A stretch of DNA of 64,000 nt from Plasmodiophora brassicae (taxonomy: Eukaryota). Below the pieces are notes generated by a model. The model was not told the origin of the DNA. It did no database searches and saw nothing but the letters and a program-made list of their open reading frames with translations. The translations under genes were made by a program, and so were the position numbers. The stretch spans positions 62,001-126,000 of the forward strand of contig CP145409.1 in the NCBI GenBank assembly GCA_036867785.1, in the 5' to 3' direction. Positions 49,744-62,115 of this stretch are shown piece after piece (position 1 is the first letter of the stretch; every line of letters begins with the position of its first letter).

Positions 49744-51303
49744 TTATGGTGAACAGTTGGCCGGCGACCTACCGGTAGATCGTTTCTGTTGCCGAAGGTT
49801 GTACATCATGACGGCGGCCCGCCCGGACGGCAACAGGCGCCTTTCGCCCATCTCCTGCAGAATGCCCCTGGCCGCATGGTAATGCCCTTCGCGTAGGAAC
49901 AGCTCCAGAGCAGGCGACAGCGTACGACTTGTGATTTCTCCGACTCGAACGCGTTTCGCGAACTCGATGACGCGAATGCAGGCCTCGCCCTGCTTTGCCT
50001 TGCAGCACCCGAGCACGCACCCATCGACAACATCGCTTTCCGACGCGCCCGTTGACGAACACGCCAGTCGGGTCACCAGGTCCTCGATCCGCGTTGACGG
50101 GTACAGGGCCAGGTTGGCTTCCACGAACGCAGCGACCGCGTAATGGTTCGGCCGGAGCCCTGCACCTGGAAGGTCTCGCGTGAACACGCGCATGGCTTCA
50201 CCGGTTTCGCCCAGGCGGATCAGCGTTCGCATCCAGGTGCAGTACACGACATCGCCGGCAGCGAGCCGCTGTGCGCTCTCGAGATACTGTCTTCCTTCGT
50301 CGACCGACTCGGCGACCTCCAGCATGATGGCGTAGGTTCGTGCGTCAGGGCGTAACGACGACGACGAGGACAGCAACCTGAACAGGTATCGGCAACGTTC
50401 GCGGTTGCCGGAGCGCGCGTACGCCTGCAGGATGATGTTGCACGTCAGGATGGACGTCTGTTCGCCAACGGCGTCGAACACGCCGACGATGTCCTGGACG
50501 AACCCGATAAACCCGAGCCGGGACACCAACCCGAGGAACGGCAGGAACAGCGCGCCCGATACGACGACATCGCCGTTGCTGGTGACGGCGCGCATCAGGA
50601 TCGATCTCGACAACGCAACGCAATCGGCGCGGGCCAGAGCACGCAGGACGGCAATGTAATCGCGCGTCTGTGGTCGGTGCTCGCACCGGTTCAGCAGTGC
50701 GCTCCAGGCGCCCATAATGACGTCAACAGACGTGCCTGCGCGTTGATCTGGCGCGGCGTAGGACAGCAGCAGGTACCGGAAAGCGGACGGGTGCACGTCG
50801 AGCCCATGGCGGAGCATGCGATGGACGCACTGTTCGCAGGCGCGTGATGATCGTCGCGTCTCATGCAGGGTCAACGCCAGGTGCGCACCGGGTGACACGA
50901 CGCGTCCGAACCGGTCGTAGAGCGTGTCGATGATGGCAGCGAGCTGGGCGAATTCCCTGCGTCGAACGATCTCCATGATCACCGGGCCAGATGCTCGTGC
51001 GAACGTCGACGCGGAGCATGGCGATGCCGCCAGATCGAGGAGAGGGCTCTTCCACGACGAAGGCGAGAACCGGTTGGCGCGGCAGACCGACACGAGCGCC
51101 TTGACGCTGACCGGGATCGACCGTGCCCGCATCTGCTCGACGATGAAGCCGCATTTGTCGGGCAGGCGGCGTCGCGCGTACCCGTCCAGGACGACCTCGT
51201 ACGCGGCGGACTCGGGGATGCACTGCCAAAGCGCCGACTCCGCGTCGCCCAGCAGCCCCGCCTTGCATAGCCGCGTAACGCGCTCCACGACGCCGCTCCG
51301 CAT
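49744..51303 (-). CDS. Pentatricopeptide-repeat (PPR) protein
   Basis: Degenerate ~35-aa repeats: AYEVVLDGYARR, TCNIILQAYARSG, RPDARTYAIML, VVYCTWMRTLIRLG..EAMRVF. Confidence 0.8.
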   Translation of the reverse strand: MRSGVVERVTRLCKAGLLGDAESALWQCIPESAAYEVVLDGYARRRLPDKCGFIVEQMRARSIPVSVKALVSVCRANRFSPSSWKSPLLDLAASPCSASTFARASGPVIMEIVRRREFAQLAAIIDTLYDRFGRVVSPGAHLALTLHETRRSSRACEQCVHRMLRHGLDVHPSAFRYLLLSYAAPDQRAGTSVDVIMGAWSALLNRCEHRPQTRDYIAVLRALARADCVALSRSILMRAVTSNGDVVVSGALFLPFLGLVSRLGFIGFVQDIVGVFDAVGEQTSILTCNIILQAYARSGNRERCRYLFRLLSSSSSLRPDARTYAIMLEVAESVDEGRQYLESAQRLAAGDVVYCTWMRTLIRLGETGEAMRVFTRDLPGAGLRPNHYAVAAFVEANLALYPSTRIEDLVTRLACSSTGASESDVVDGCVLGCCKAKQGEACIRVIEFAKRVRVGEITSRTLSPALELFLREGHYHAARGILQEMGERRLLPSGRAAVMMYNLRQQKRSTGRSPANCSP

Positions 51304-51718
51304 CACTGACGACGCCGCCTGCGACTGCGCGCATACTAAGAATGTGACAACGCGGCACGGGCTGTAGGGTAGCTCGTGCGCACCGTTCGAGCAGCTGCAG
51401 CTCTGAGTCGCGGGACCCTGCGAGTCTACCTTCCTAGCAGCCGCAGCACCCGGCAATGGTGTGCGCGCCGTAGACGCAGAACGAATCGCGTCGATGTGTG
51501 TAAGGATGGGAGGGACGCCACCCGTGGTGAAGAGCGTTATCGTCGATGGCGGCCGGGCCAATGGCAGACGTAGACCCAGGTTGCAGTCGACATGACGATG
51601 ACGGACGACATTGCGATTGCGATGATCAGCAAGCGGTACCGGGGCGCGACGTAGAAGGCGGGCGGCGGCGGTCGAGCACGGTCGTGGTTCGCAGGGGGTC
51701 GTGGTGCGCGACGTGTTT

Positions 51719-52227
51719 TCATAGCAGAAGCAAGCCCCGCACCGACGGCGGCCGCTCCTGCAGCGATGGTCGCGGTGGATACCCCATCCGACGGCATGGG
51801 AGGGTCGCGTAGCTCTCTGGAGGCAGGCCACAGCATGCTCTGGGCAACTGCAACGCCGGCGGCAACTGCTCCAGTTCCAGCAAGCAAGGTCCTCTAACAC
51901 ACGCGACATGACAGTCAGCCAAACGCCGTCGAATATGAAGCATGCAGCGCCGAATGCCAAGACCTGCTGTTGCAAATGCCGCGAGCGGTTACGTTCGGCG
52001 CCGATATCGCGTTTCAGCAACGCTGACGTTCGACGGCATTCGTCCAGCAAGTCGTTGCGGCTGTTCAGTGCGGCAGCCAGATTCTGACGCCGGCGATGCA
52101 GCGCCTTCAGTAGGAGGACCTGGGCAGCGATCTGCTGGGTGAGATCATAGGATGCATGTTTGATCCGTTGGGTCGACGTCTCCAGATCGGAGTCAACAGG
52201 ACGGCTGGTAACGGGATACGCTATCAT
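51719..52227 (-). CDS. Small hypothetical coiled-coil protein; structure uncertain
   Basis: MIAYPVT...LTQQIAAQVLLLKALHRRRQNL...HLQQQ, with a likely intron after it. Confidence 0.35.
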
Positions 52228-52555
52228 CTTGGGAGCTTCGCGTGGGGCGACCCTCCCGTGTTGCAGCTGTGGACAGCAATTCGCACTTTAACGTGTGCAT
52301 CTAATCCCCCTTTGACCACCCACCTCTTTGTATAGCCGCATCAAGCCAACGGGTATGACGTTCTGGTCGGCGAACACCTGATACATGTACCATTCGGGTT
52401 TTCCACAGCCAATTTGGAGATAATCGTAAGCGTGTGAAACCGAGATGGTTATTGAGGACGCTCGGCACGTCGAGTTCTCCGGTCCTTGCCGTACGTGGAT
52501 CTCATCAAGCAGCAGGTTGCCGGAGAAGACGAAACTATGGTGAACAATGGCCCCG

Positions 52556-52957
52556 TCACTCGGCACGATCCTGCCACTTGAAACGGGGAACAGCCGATGA
52601 ATACCTGACAGACAGCTCGCCACGCGCGTTCGGCATGCACCTCCATACATCGTCTACGTTGCCGTTCTTCAGACGGTCCACCTGGCCAGTTTGTCGACCT
52701 GAATCGAATGCGTTCGTCCAGTTCACTTGCTGGCGATCACCAGTCGACGATTTCGTATAGAACACTGCAGTTATCAGTTCCCAGCACTTATCTCCAGCGG
52801 CCACAGAGTTCCTTCTCAGAGTGCACGTCGTCCGCGTGGGGAACCACGACACGCAATCAGCGGCAATGGACCTAGTCGCATCCTCGCCAGGGGCAGCGTG
52901 ACCCGTCGGCGCAGACAGCATGAGAAGGGCGATCACGGCCAGCACAACCAATGTCAT
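52556..52957 (-). CDS. Small secreted Cys-containing protein, candidate effector
   Basis: Signal peptide MTLVVLAVIALLMLSAPTGHA; ~133 aa with 4 Cys. Confidence 0.65.
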   Translation of the reverse strand: MTLVVLAVIALLMLSAPTGHAAPGEDATRSIAADCVSWFPTRTTCTLRRNSVAAGDKCWELITAVFYTKSSTGDRQQVNWTNAFDSGRQTGQVDRLKNGNVDDVWRCMPNARGELSVRYSSAVPRFKWQDRAE

Positions 52958-53279
52958 GGTCCGCCTGCAGGCAGCGTCCATGTGTAGGTTCCAGGTGCCA
53001 GTGCTACATGCCATCTGTCAGGTGTCGACAGCACTGTGTACGCAGGATTGCTAAAAACGGACTTCACAGGATAGGCGTCGACATTTAGCGCCGGGCGACT
53101 CATTCGGGAGGCAGACTTGTATTACATGCATGTGTGAGCCGGCAATTTCGTCAGAGCAGTTCTTTACAGGAGCCTCCATCTAATTGGTTGGAGCTTGGAT
53201 ATACAATTATTATCACCGTAATATCCAATTACGTGCCGCGTACTTAGTCCCTTTTCAGTCGTCGTCTGTTAATATCGCT

Positions 53280-54050
53280 CTAGCCAGCGAACCGGTATCA
53301 CAGTATGGCCAGCATGCACCCAGTATACGGATTTAAGTCGGACCCTGCCGTAGGGGGGCGAAGCGTATGGATAACGATCATGTCATCCGATGTGGTTCTG
53401 CTACTTGAGCAGACAACAACAACAAATAACGGATGCCTTACTGAGAGCTCGCCGTGCCTTTTCGGAGGCCACCTCTACATGCATCGTATACGTGCCCAAT
53501 CGCTCAGGACAATACATTAGCTGGCGTCGTCCGCCATGGGACCACCGTATTGTAGTCCCAACGTTCTTTTCCAGATCCGACAGAGTTCCCCATTCAGGTG
53601 CCTGTCTTTGGGGAGCTCGCTCATCTTACACAGTGTGATTGACCACCTGTTAGGCGCACAGCCGGGTCGTCCTCCAGATAGGCCAGAGACTTCAGGGGAT
53701 TCTAAGCGCGTCAGTGGTGCGACCCGCCGGGCCGGCATGATCAGAAGAACGATTATAGACAGGACACTGGTTCGTCTGGTGGCGTTGCCCACATTTCGGT
53801 CCCAGATCGCAGTGCCCGCTAGTCGCCAGCGCCGATCGATCGGTCACCGATGGCGGCAACCGGGCGCAGGACCCGCTACCCGTCAGACGAGCCTGGGATA
53901 TGGGAGTAGGCAGATGCGAAAAGTTCCAAGTGACATACCTACGTACGTAGCATCGGCCCGTTTCCTGGCTATTCCTCGATGGGCGGTGCGAACACGCTAC
54001 TTCGGCCTGCGTGTTCGAATCGTGGAACGGGCAATGCAAATGTGTAGTAG
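53280..54050 (+). ncRNA. Candidate large structured non-coding RNA
   Basis: No credible ORF. Helices at 53283-53525, 53583-53618 and 53769-53782/53880-53893, plus a UUCG-capped hairpin at 53456-53469. Confidence 0.45.
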
Positions 54051-54076
54051 GCGAATCGGAATGGAACGTAAACGAC

Positions 54077-57000
54077 TTACGAGGTGGTCTGGATGGCGAT
54101 CTCCGACTCGCTGTCTTCGTCGATCAACGGCTGCATCGACAGGGACGACAACTCGATGAAACTTGAATAGCGCCGCGCGAACGTGGAGATAACCGGGTGT
54201 TTCGACAAGCGATCAGCGAGACGGAAGGCGCCGACTTTGCACGCTACAATGACAAGGTTAGCACTTGCTCGCTCGCAGTACTGGTGGGAGCACTGTACCG
54301 TCTTGGATGATGAACCAGACTAGGCAATAGATCCAAATGAAGATGACGTTCTTGAAGTGGACGGGTTCGGCGCCCTGGTCGAACGGCCACGTTAACGACA
54401 GGATCGTCGACATCAGCACTGCGAAGAACGCTGCCGCGAGCAAGGCAATGCTGTTACACGCACAGCCTATGAGCGCCCCCTTCCATCAAACGGCGCATCA
54501 TTGTCAACCTCGGGCGCGACGAATAGCACGGTGCGGCCCCAGTTCGTGCCGTGAATATCGTCAGGAAGTCGGACAGGCTCACTTTGACTGCACCACCGAC
54601 GACGTCAGCTCCGTAATACGCGTCCTGCATTGGACCGCTTACGGTAGATAGAGGTGACAACGGACCCATAGGTCATGGGAGGCAGGCCCAGCATGTGGAA
54701 CATGGACCCGGACCTAACAGGGACGCACATGATTCGCGGGACACGCTCTGGCAACGCGCGTGCCACGTACGAGACCGAGTTCAGGGATAGGTGCAGCAAC
54801 ACGAGGGATGATGCACAGGCAACAGATCCCAAGGTGAACGCCATGCCCCACAGTTTCATCAGGTTCCACGAATCCGGTTGCTTCGACGCCGTCACCCGGT
54901 CGTACGCGATGCTGACCTACAGCACCACGATGAATGCCATGCAGTTTGAGGCAGGGTGGGCAGGCGCACGATGGTGCCGTCATTGAGGACGGTGATGACA
55001 ATGAGGGCAATAACGGGCATCTTCCAGAAGGGCGGGAACGACGGGTCGTACGCGGCTGGATGCACGAACAGAACGCCAATAAAGAAGAACGTAAGAAGCT
55101 GGATCGTCGCCGCTATGCGGTACACGAGGAACGAATGCATGCGCGCGAAGATACGTCTAGCAATGATGACGGCCTAGCGCGAAACGTTCAGCGTATGGAA
55201 CGCGGCGCATGGTCACCCGTTACCGCACCTCGACAATGGCGCCGAGGCCCGGCTCTGTCAGGATGATATCAGCAGCGGCTCGTGCAGCGTCAGTCGCCCC
55301 ATGAACCGCCTACACTCGCCCTGGTCAAATTCTGACGGTGCCCAGACGACGTTCAGGCCACTGACGATTCCAACGCTGGCCACCTTCAGCGCGGGTGCGT
55401 CGTTGACGCCGTCACCCGTCATCCCGACGATCGCACCCGACTGCTTCAGTGCCTCGACGATGACGTACTTGTGCTCGGGGAGCGCCTGCGAGAACCCGTC
55501 CTTGGACATGACCAGCGGTGCGTAATCGCGCCCCAGCGTGTCCGGCACGCTCAGGTGCCCGCCCGATAAATCGATCGTTGGCAATTTGCCGAGCGTGCAC
55601 TGCATAATGTCGGCTTGGCCCAGCCCCAGCGCCTTTGACGTCTCCACGGCCACCAGTTGATGGTCGCCCGTGATCATCTTCACGACGACGCCGTACTCGT
55701 TCGCCTTCTTAATGGTCGCTTTGGAATCCGGCCTGGGTTGCAATTGATGAATGATGGCATAGGTGGGCGCCTTGCCCGTACTGGCAGTACCTTGGTGGAT
55801 CCAGGAACGACAGGATGCCCATGATGGCCCACTGGCCATCCGGTTCAGTTCGCGCCACAGCCAGCGAACGCACCCCACGCGCCGCCAAGTCGAGAACGGC
55901 GTTCTCCACAGGTCCCTGCCGCGCTCGTTCATACCGGGGGCACAATCGCGGCATCGTCCGCCATGCCACCCGTACCTCGAAACGCTTCCGATTCTGGCAT
56001 AGCTCCAGGAGAACGTGCGGGGCGCCTTTGGCAACGCGATACGTGCGACCTGCCGAACAAAGCGGTTCACTGATCGCCGATGGCACGATCGAGGCCGTTC
56101 TGGCACGCACCGGTTGGGTCCCGCACGACGGCTTCGGTCCGTTTCAGCGACGGGTCGAACGGCGTATAGTCGATCTGCTCAAACTGATTGCACCTGTCGA
56201 AGTCGGTGACGCCCAGGATCTGCCCTTCGCCTGTCAGTTCATCGACGCCGTTCTCGGTGCTGTTGATGACACACGTACCATCGTGTCTAGCGCGTCTTTC
56301 GGCGGCTCCTTCCATTTCGTCGCGAGCGATGCGTGCAGGAGGACATCGGCGCGCGTCACACCTGGCAGGTACGTCGGGCACTCGTTCTGGATCACCATCT
56401 TGTTCAGCGTCAGCGTTCCCGTCTTGTCCGAGCACAGGACTGTGATCCCCGACAGCCTCTCGATTGCTGACAAGCACGCCACGATCGCCTGACTCTGCCT
56501 GTCAACTGCTGCTCCTGCCCATGGTCCCCGTCGGCGACACGCAGGCCCTTACCGATTCGGCAGCGAGTTCACGGCTGCCAAGCGCTAACGTGGCCGTGAC
56601 GACAACCTCCATCGCGATCGGGATCGACGCGACCATCAGGACGACGACGAACCCGAGCGATTCGGTCACGTTCTCGCCGTTCAGGAGCAGGTACAGCAGC
56701 GTGATGCCACAGAGGACCGTCGATGCGCCCAGAAGGACCAGCACGACCCGCAGCAGCAACTTCTGCAGTTCGCCGAGCTCGTCGACGCCCGCCTGGAGCA
56801 GCGCGGCCGTCTTCCCGTAGAACGTCTGCATGCCCGTCAGGAACACGGTCGCTTCGACCTCGCCCCTCGCCACCGTTGACCCCATCCTCACGGTCATTCC
56901 TTTGCCCATGCGCACCGGCAGCGATTCGCCTTCGCGCGTGGACGTTAGCCAGGGTGCGACGGCGATGCCAGGCACGCGTACCTGTTAACGACGACTGGTC

Positions 57001-57733
57001 GACGTGGACGATGCCGCTGTTGACGACGCAGTCAGCGGGGACGGCCGTCCCCGAGCTGAGCGTGACGCAGTCGCCAGGGACGAGCAACGCGGCGTGGATC
57101 GTCTGCCAGACGCCATCGCGTTTGACCTGCGCGACTGGGTGCGCGCGTTAGTCGCCCCGGCCCGCACCCACAAGGCAGCCGCGTGCACCACGCACCGGGC
57201 TTCAGCGTCGCTTTCAGGGCGGCGACGGCGTTGCCCGCCTTGCGCGCCTCCAGGAACCCGACGGTGCCGTTGATGCATTGCAGGATGAAGAGAATGACGG
57301 CGTCGGCCCACTCCTGCAGGCTGGCCTCGACGACGATGGCGATCCAGATGCCGATCGGCATCGGCGCCGTGAACTGCTCCAGGAACAGCTTCCACATCGG
57401 CTTCACCTTCTCGACCAGCTCGTTGCGCCCGTACCTGCGAAGGTACTCGGCGGCTTGCGCTGATGTCAGCCCCGACGAGAACGGGATCGGCGGTGCGGTG
57501 CCTTCGTCGCCCATCATGGACGACCGGTGCTTATCGGTGCGCGCCGAATGGAACGTCGCGTGGACCTCGTCCTCATCGGGCACCAGGGCCTCATGTTCGT
57601 CACCCTCGGCGGATCGTTCGACGATTCCCGCGTCGGAATGTGTCGCCCGCAACAGTGTCTTTGCTGAGGCGGGCCCAACGTCGTCATCGTCGCTGAACTT
57701 GGACCCGACAACGACCACCTCCATGGACGGCAT
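54077..57733 (-). CDS. PMA: Plasma-membrane P3A-type H+-ATPase, many introns
   Basis: YGRNEL, VDQSSLTGES, SIPIAM, CSDKTGTLTLN, KGAP, MITGD, GMTGDGVNDAPALK, YRIA and LNDGT. Confidence 0.95.
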
Positions 57734-58051
57734 TAGGCTATGTGAACAACGGTACGGCACACACCGAAAATCGGTACCGTACGGTGGGGGTATGACCATC
57801 TCCAGAATATCAGCGCTAATCACACGGGTCGCCCCACAAGGCAAATGCCATGTACGGGATGTGATCGCGCGGGGGGAGGGGGCGCTGCCCCACAAGGCGC
57901 CGCCATGAACGGCACGGGTACTACTACTAGTAGTACGTCGTACGGTAGATGTTGCATGTCGTACGGGAGGCGTCTGGAATGCTGCGAGTCATATGACAGC
58001 GGCACATCCGTCGTTGCCAGAGTGGATCACTGAAGAGCGTTCGTCCCCGGT

Positions 58052-59300
58052 CATGGCGAGCGCGAAGAGGCGGCGTCTGATTGAGCCCACGCTGGATGCG
58101 TTCCCCGATCCCATGCTGGACGCCGTCGTCGCATTCCTGAACGCGCGCGACCTCTGCCTGGCATCCGTCGTGTCGCATCGGTTCCGGCGCCTCTGCGACT
58201 CGGACCGGTATAGTCACCCGATGATGCCTCCGGCTCTGACACGGTCTGAACGCATTCGCAGGGCGTGGGCCCGACTTCTCGATCCGGCGTTCATGGAGAC
58301 ACTGGCCGGCCTGGACACGGATCGTCAGCGCCCCGCCAGAGAGTTGGTCCAACGAGTTCTGCAGCCGGGCCGGTTCTTCACCCGGCTCGCATGGGTGCCT
58401 CTGCATACCACGTGTCCGGGTGCCAATACGGGGCCTCCGCCTGTCAAGTTCCACACGGCGACGTACCTGCCGCACCTGAACGCCATCTTGCACTTTGGTG
58501 GGTTCCTGGGCCCTGCGTTAACCGACGATGCGATCGTTCTGCACCTGGACTCGCACACGTGGGAACGCGTACCCACGGTGGGGGCGGTTCCCTGCGCGCG
58601 CGCCGGCCACGTATCAGTTGCGATTGGCACACGGGTCTACGTTATGGGAGGGCTGACCGACGTCGATGAACCATCCGATTCGGTCCACGTCCTGGAGACG
58701 TCGTCCGTCCCGATGAGATGGTCGAGTCGGACGGCGAAAGGCGACCGCCCAAAGGTTCGAGTGAACCGGTTCCTGCACAGGGCCCACGTTGCCGGTCATG
58801 AGATCGTCGTCGCTGGAACCTGGGACGGCGCATTCGTTGCTCGCGACTGGATCCAGGTGCGAGCGCTGGACACGCGAACAATGTCCTGGCGCTTCTGTGC
58901 CGGGTTCGGCGCCAGCGACCTCTATAATGCCAGCGTGGTCATCAACGGCAATCTGCACGTTATCGACAGCAAACATCTGACGCAAGTCGACATCTGGGGC
59001 AAGAGCACGCCCCATCAGGTGATTACGTCGGAGACGTGGCCGTACGACGAATCGGAGGAGATTCATGCTGTGGCGGTTGGGAACAAGGCGATCTGCTGGC
59101 AGGCGTGGATGCCGCGTGTCTTCGATGTCGAAGCCAGGCGATGGCTCCCGGTTACCATCGACAACAGGCACGACACACCGAACCTGGGCCGAGGGCTCGC
59201 ATTCTGTTCAGCTGGTGCTAGCCTTATCGTCACCGGCATACAAAGTAACACGAGAGGGGCGACAATGACGGCATGGGCGCTAGCTCCCGTTACTTTTTAA
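58052..59300 (+). CDS. F-box/kelch-repeat protein
   Basis: F-box LDAFPDPMLDAVVAFL..RDLCLASVVSHRF, then kelch repeats HFGG and PCARAGH...VYVMGG. Confidence 0.85.
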
Positions 59301-59339
59301 TACACAAGGGTTGCCTGACATTCACTCGGGTTGCTGGAG

Positions 59340-60480
59340 ACGGCGGAAACTGACAAGCCTGAACGACATCACGAACAACCGATCCGCAATGTCCATCGGC
59401 AATCGCATTCGCCAATCTCAGGTGACGGGTACCCTGGGTCGCTAGCGAACCGGGTCGACGCGTCGCCTGAGAGCTGAGTCGAATGCGAAAGACGATGGAC
59501 ATTGAGGAACGACTGCCCGTGATCGCATGATCGCCGCTGTTCAGATTATCGCCGTTGCTTTGAGTTCGTCCCTGCTTGGCTCCGCCGTGGTCTTGTGCTA
59601 CATCGTTGCGTGTGGTCGCCGTGGCCTTATGTACTGGAATGACGGGATCCACAGGAACGACCGCTTCGGAAGTGATGTCGGCGGCAAAGGTATACCAAGT
59701 TCCGACGGCCGATTAATCCGGCCGAACGAACACCTGCCGAAGCGGACCGGCCGACCGGGGAGGACGCAACGTCGATGAGGGGCCTGGTTGATCGCGTTGT
59801 TGTGGAGGGTGGACGGAATTAATTGTGGCCCGGCGGAGTCCGCGATGTCCGCGAAGGACTCGACTCTCGAGGTTCCCCGCGGGTGTGGACGTGACAACGA
59901 CCCGCGGACGCCGTACGGTGTTTCCGGAGTCCGCGGTCCCACCGAAGCTCGGCGTCTGCCTGCGGAGTGCGTGCGGCGTTGCTCGGGCCGGCGACTTGAA
60001 GGGACTACTGGTACATAGGTATGTAGGTAGTCTCGCTCGAGAACGCTTGGGCATGGCTTCACATGGCGCAGCTGAATGGCGTTATTGAAATCAAGAACGA
60101 TTGATCCGCAAATGTCCATCGGCAATCCCATTTATCTCGTTGGCATAAACTCCATCCCGCAAAGGGCAGACACATGGCAGCGAGCCGAATGGGACTGCTG
60201 GTGGACATTGAAAACCGGTGGGTCGTGATCGGATTACCGCAGCTCACAGGCAGTTTAGAACATGTTTCTGAAACATGATACGGAGCTGCTGGGAACAGCA
60301 TTAACGACACCAGGATTCATCGATCCGCAATGTCCATCGGCCGTCCCATTGGACTGCCGCCAGATGTCCGAAGCAGACGGTCACGATGGACAAGTCCAAT
60401 GGGGAATTTGGACGATGGACATTGAGGACCGCTTGCTCATGATCGCGCATTCGTCGCTGCTCTGATACCCAGTTGTTCCG
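59340..60480 (+). ncRNA. Candidate polycistronic pri-miRNA-like locus with three paralogous hairpins
   Basis: GATCCGCAA(A)TGTCCATCGGC at 59381, 60103 and 60322, each paired with a downstream (GA/GG)TGGACATTGA arm near 59494, 60200 and 60414. The inner stems differ in sequence but still pair. Confidence 0.65.
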
Positions 60481-61110
60481 ACTCCAATGTCTGTTTAGGC
60501 AGTATCTCTTGTCGGTGACGTCAACATTGTCGTCGACCAGGGCACCTGTGTCTGATGCTCACCAGCTCGTACGGTCAGTACTCGCTGTACAGCTCACTCG
60601 GCTGGTATGCCATCGTATTCAATAGAGAGACGACGTACACCTGCTGAGTCTGGCTTCAGGGATGCACCAGCGTCATGCTCTGCTACCTTTCAAGCCTACG
60701 AATACCATCCACTCGCATTAGCCACCAAACCTGCATAGAGGAGCTACGTCGACGGGCCGTTCGGATGCCGCATCGGCCGTACCAGGGGCCGTCCGCCGGT
60801 ATAACACAGCACAGCGCCGTCGACGACGCCCAACGCTGCCACCAGGGCGATCGCCGGACAGTAGAACTCGACGACCGAAGGCTCCAGTTGCGCAACCTGA
60901 CGTAAATGCTGAACTGATCCGGCACGACGAGATGCAGCCACAGTGTATTCAATCCTGGCCAGGCCATTCGAGTCTGATCAACGACAAACTACAGCGCCTT
61001 GAGGGGAGAGGCACCCTTTGCAGGCTGGACAACCGCCGGAACAGGCAAACACCGCCTGGTCGCCAAACTGGCCGCGATTGTACGGAACCGGCGGAGCGAA
61101 AACAGGGACG

Positions 61111-61560
61111 ATGCGTCGTCGTCGGCGGCTCCTGGCTAGCCATGAGCGCATCCGGCAGCAGTTGCAGGGCGCACACGATAGCAGCACCGATACCGAAAAT
61201 GCCCTCGTGATACCATCAGGCGCGCTACGGTGCACACAGGATCACGTCCGGTGGGTCGAGGCGGAGACACCGGCGAGCACGTCCCAGGCATCGCTATCCA
61301 CGGCTGTCGTTTCCGATGGCGACACCGAAGACGACGATGATGGCACCCGCACGGATGATGTTTGGGTTCGCTTTCTCATCGGGCGCGCCCGATCTGCGCT
61401 GTCGAAGCCGAATCTTCCAGAGCACGTCCGCCATCACCTGCAGACATTGCTGGCGACCCGGACGGACCCGTTCCGCTTACGACTGTGCTGCCTGGACATC
61501 GAGTCGGGCCGCATCCCGTCGATTAAGTTGGACGCGTCGTCCCGAACCGGGCTCGCGTAG
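61111..61560 (+). CDS. Hypothetical protein (probably part of a multi-exon gene spanning ~60.7-62.0 kb)
   Basis: Protein-like ORF (acidic tract, VWVRFLIGRARSALS..LPEHVRHHLQ). Exon structure unresolved. Confidence 0.35.
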   Translation: MRRRRRLLASHERIRQQLQGAHDSSTDTENALVIPSGALRCTQDHVRWVEAETPASTSQASLSTAVVSDGDTEDDDDGTRTDDVWVRFLIGRARSALSKPNLPEHVRHHLQTLLATRTDPFRLRLCCLDIESGRIPSIKLDASSRTGLA

Positions 61561-62115
61561 GTTCTGTACCGGTCGGTCGTACCGAGGCTGTGCAAGGGCC
61601 ACGTGCCCCCGTTGAGTGTTAACGGTGCCAGTACCACATACCCTCTTTGGTGGGCTCTCAGGTGCGTGCAGGCGTCGCATCGCGTATCGCTGGCCCTCGC
61701 ATCCTCTGTCGCCGACCTCCTCCAGCCGTTCGGGCACGTGCCTCGCCCCGATTTCTGAAACTTGTCTCCATGGCTGGCAGCGACCTGATGTCTTGCTGCT
61801 GAACTGATGCGGGTCACCGTTGGAGACGCTCCGTTCGCAATACCTGGTTGCGTCTGATGCGACGTATAAAATGTATTCTGGCAGTATCCAAGTACAAAGA
61901 ACAACCTTTCGTTATCGCTGGCTATTACTCGCGCATCGACCGTCCCCCACCGCGTCATTCAACGACACGCAGCACTGCCCATTGGGTCGACAAAAATCTG
62001 CCGAAAGATGTCATCTGTTTTTCGGGTGGCCCGGCTCCAATCAGTGGGTAGCACGTAGCACCGCTGATCGAGGTGGCATCCCGGCCGGTCTAACCAAGGC
62101 CCGTGTTTACGCGCG

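Noticed and set aside
49744-52227. Single 827-aa protein
   Set aside because: Only the part from ~51303 is PPR-like. The middle reads as non-coding run-through joining a separate upstream coiled-coil exon.
59598-60131. Short ORFs across the hairpin cluster
   Set aside because: They have no protein-like composition or consistent frame. The repeated segments are conserved as complementary arms, not as codons.
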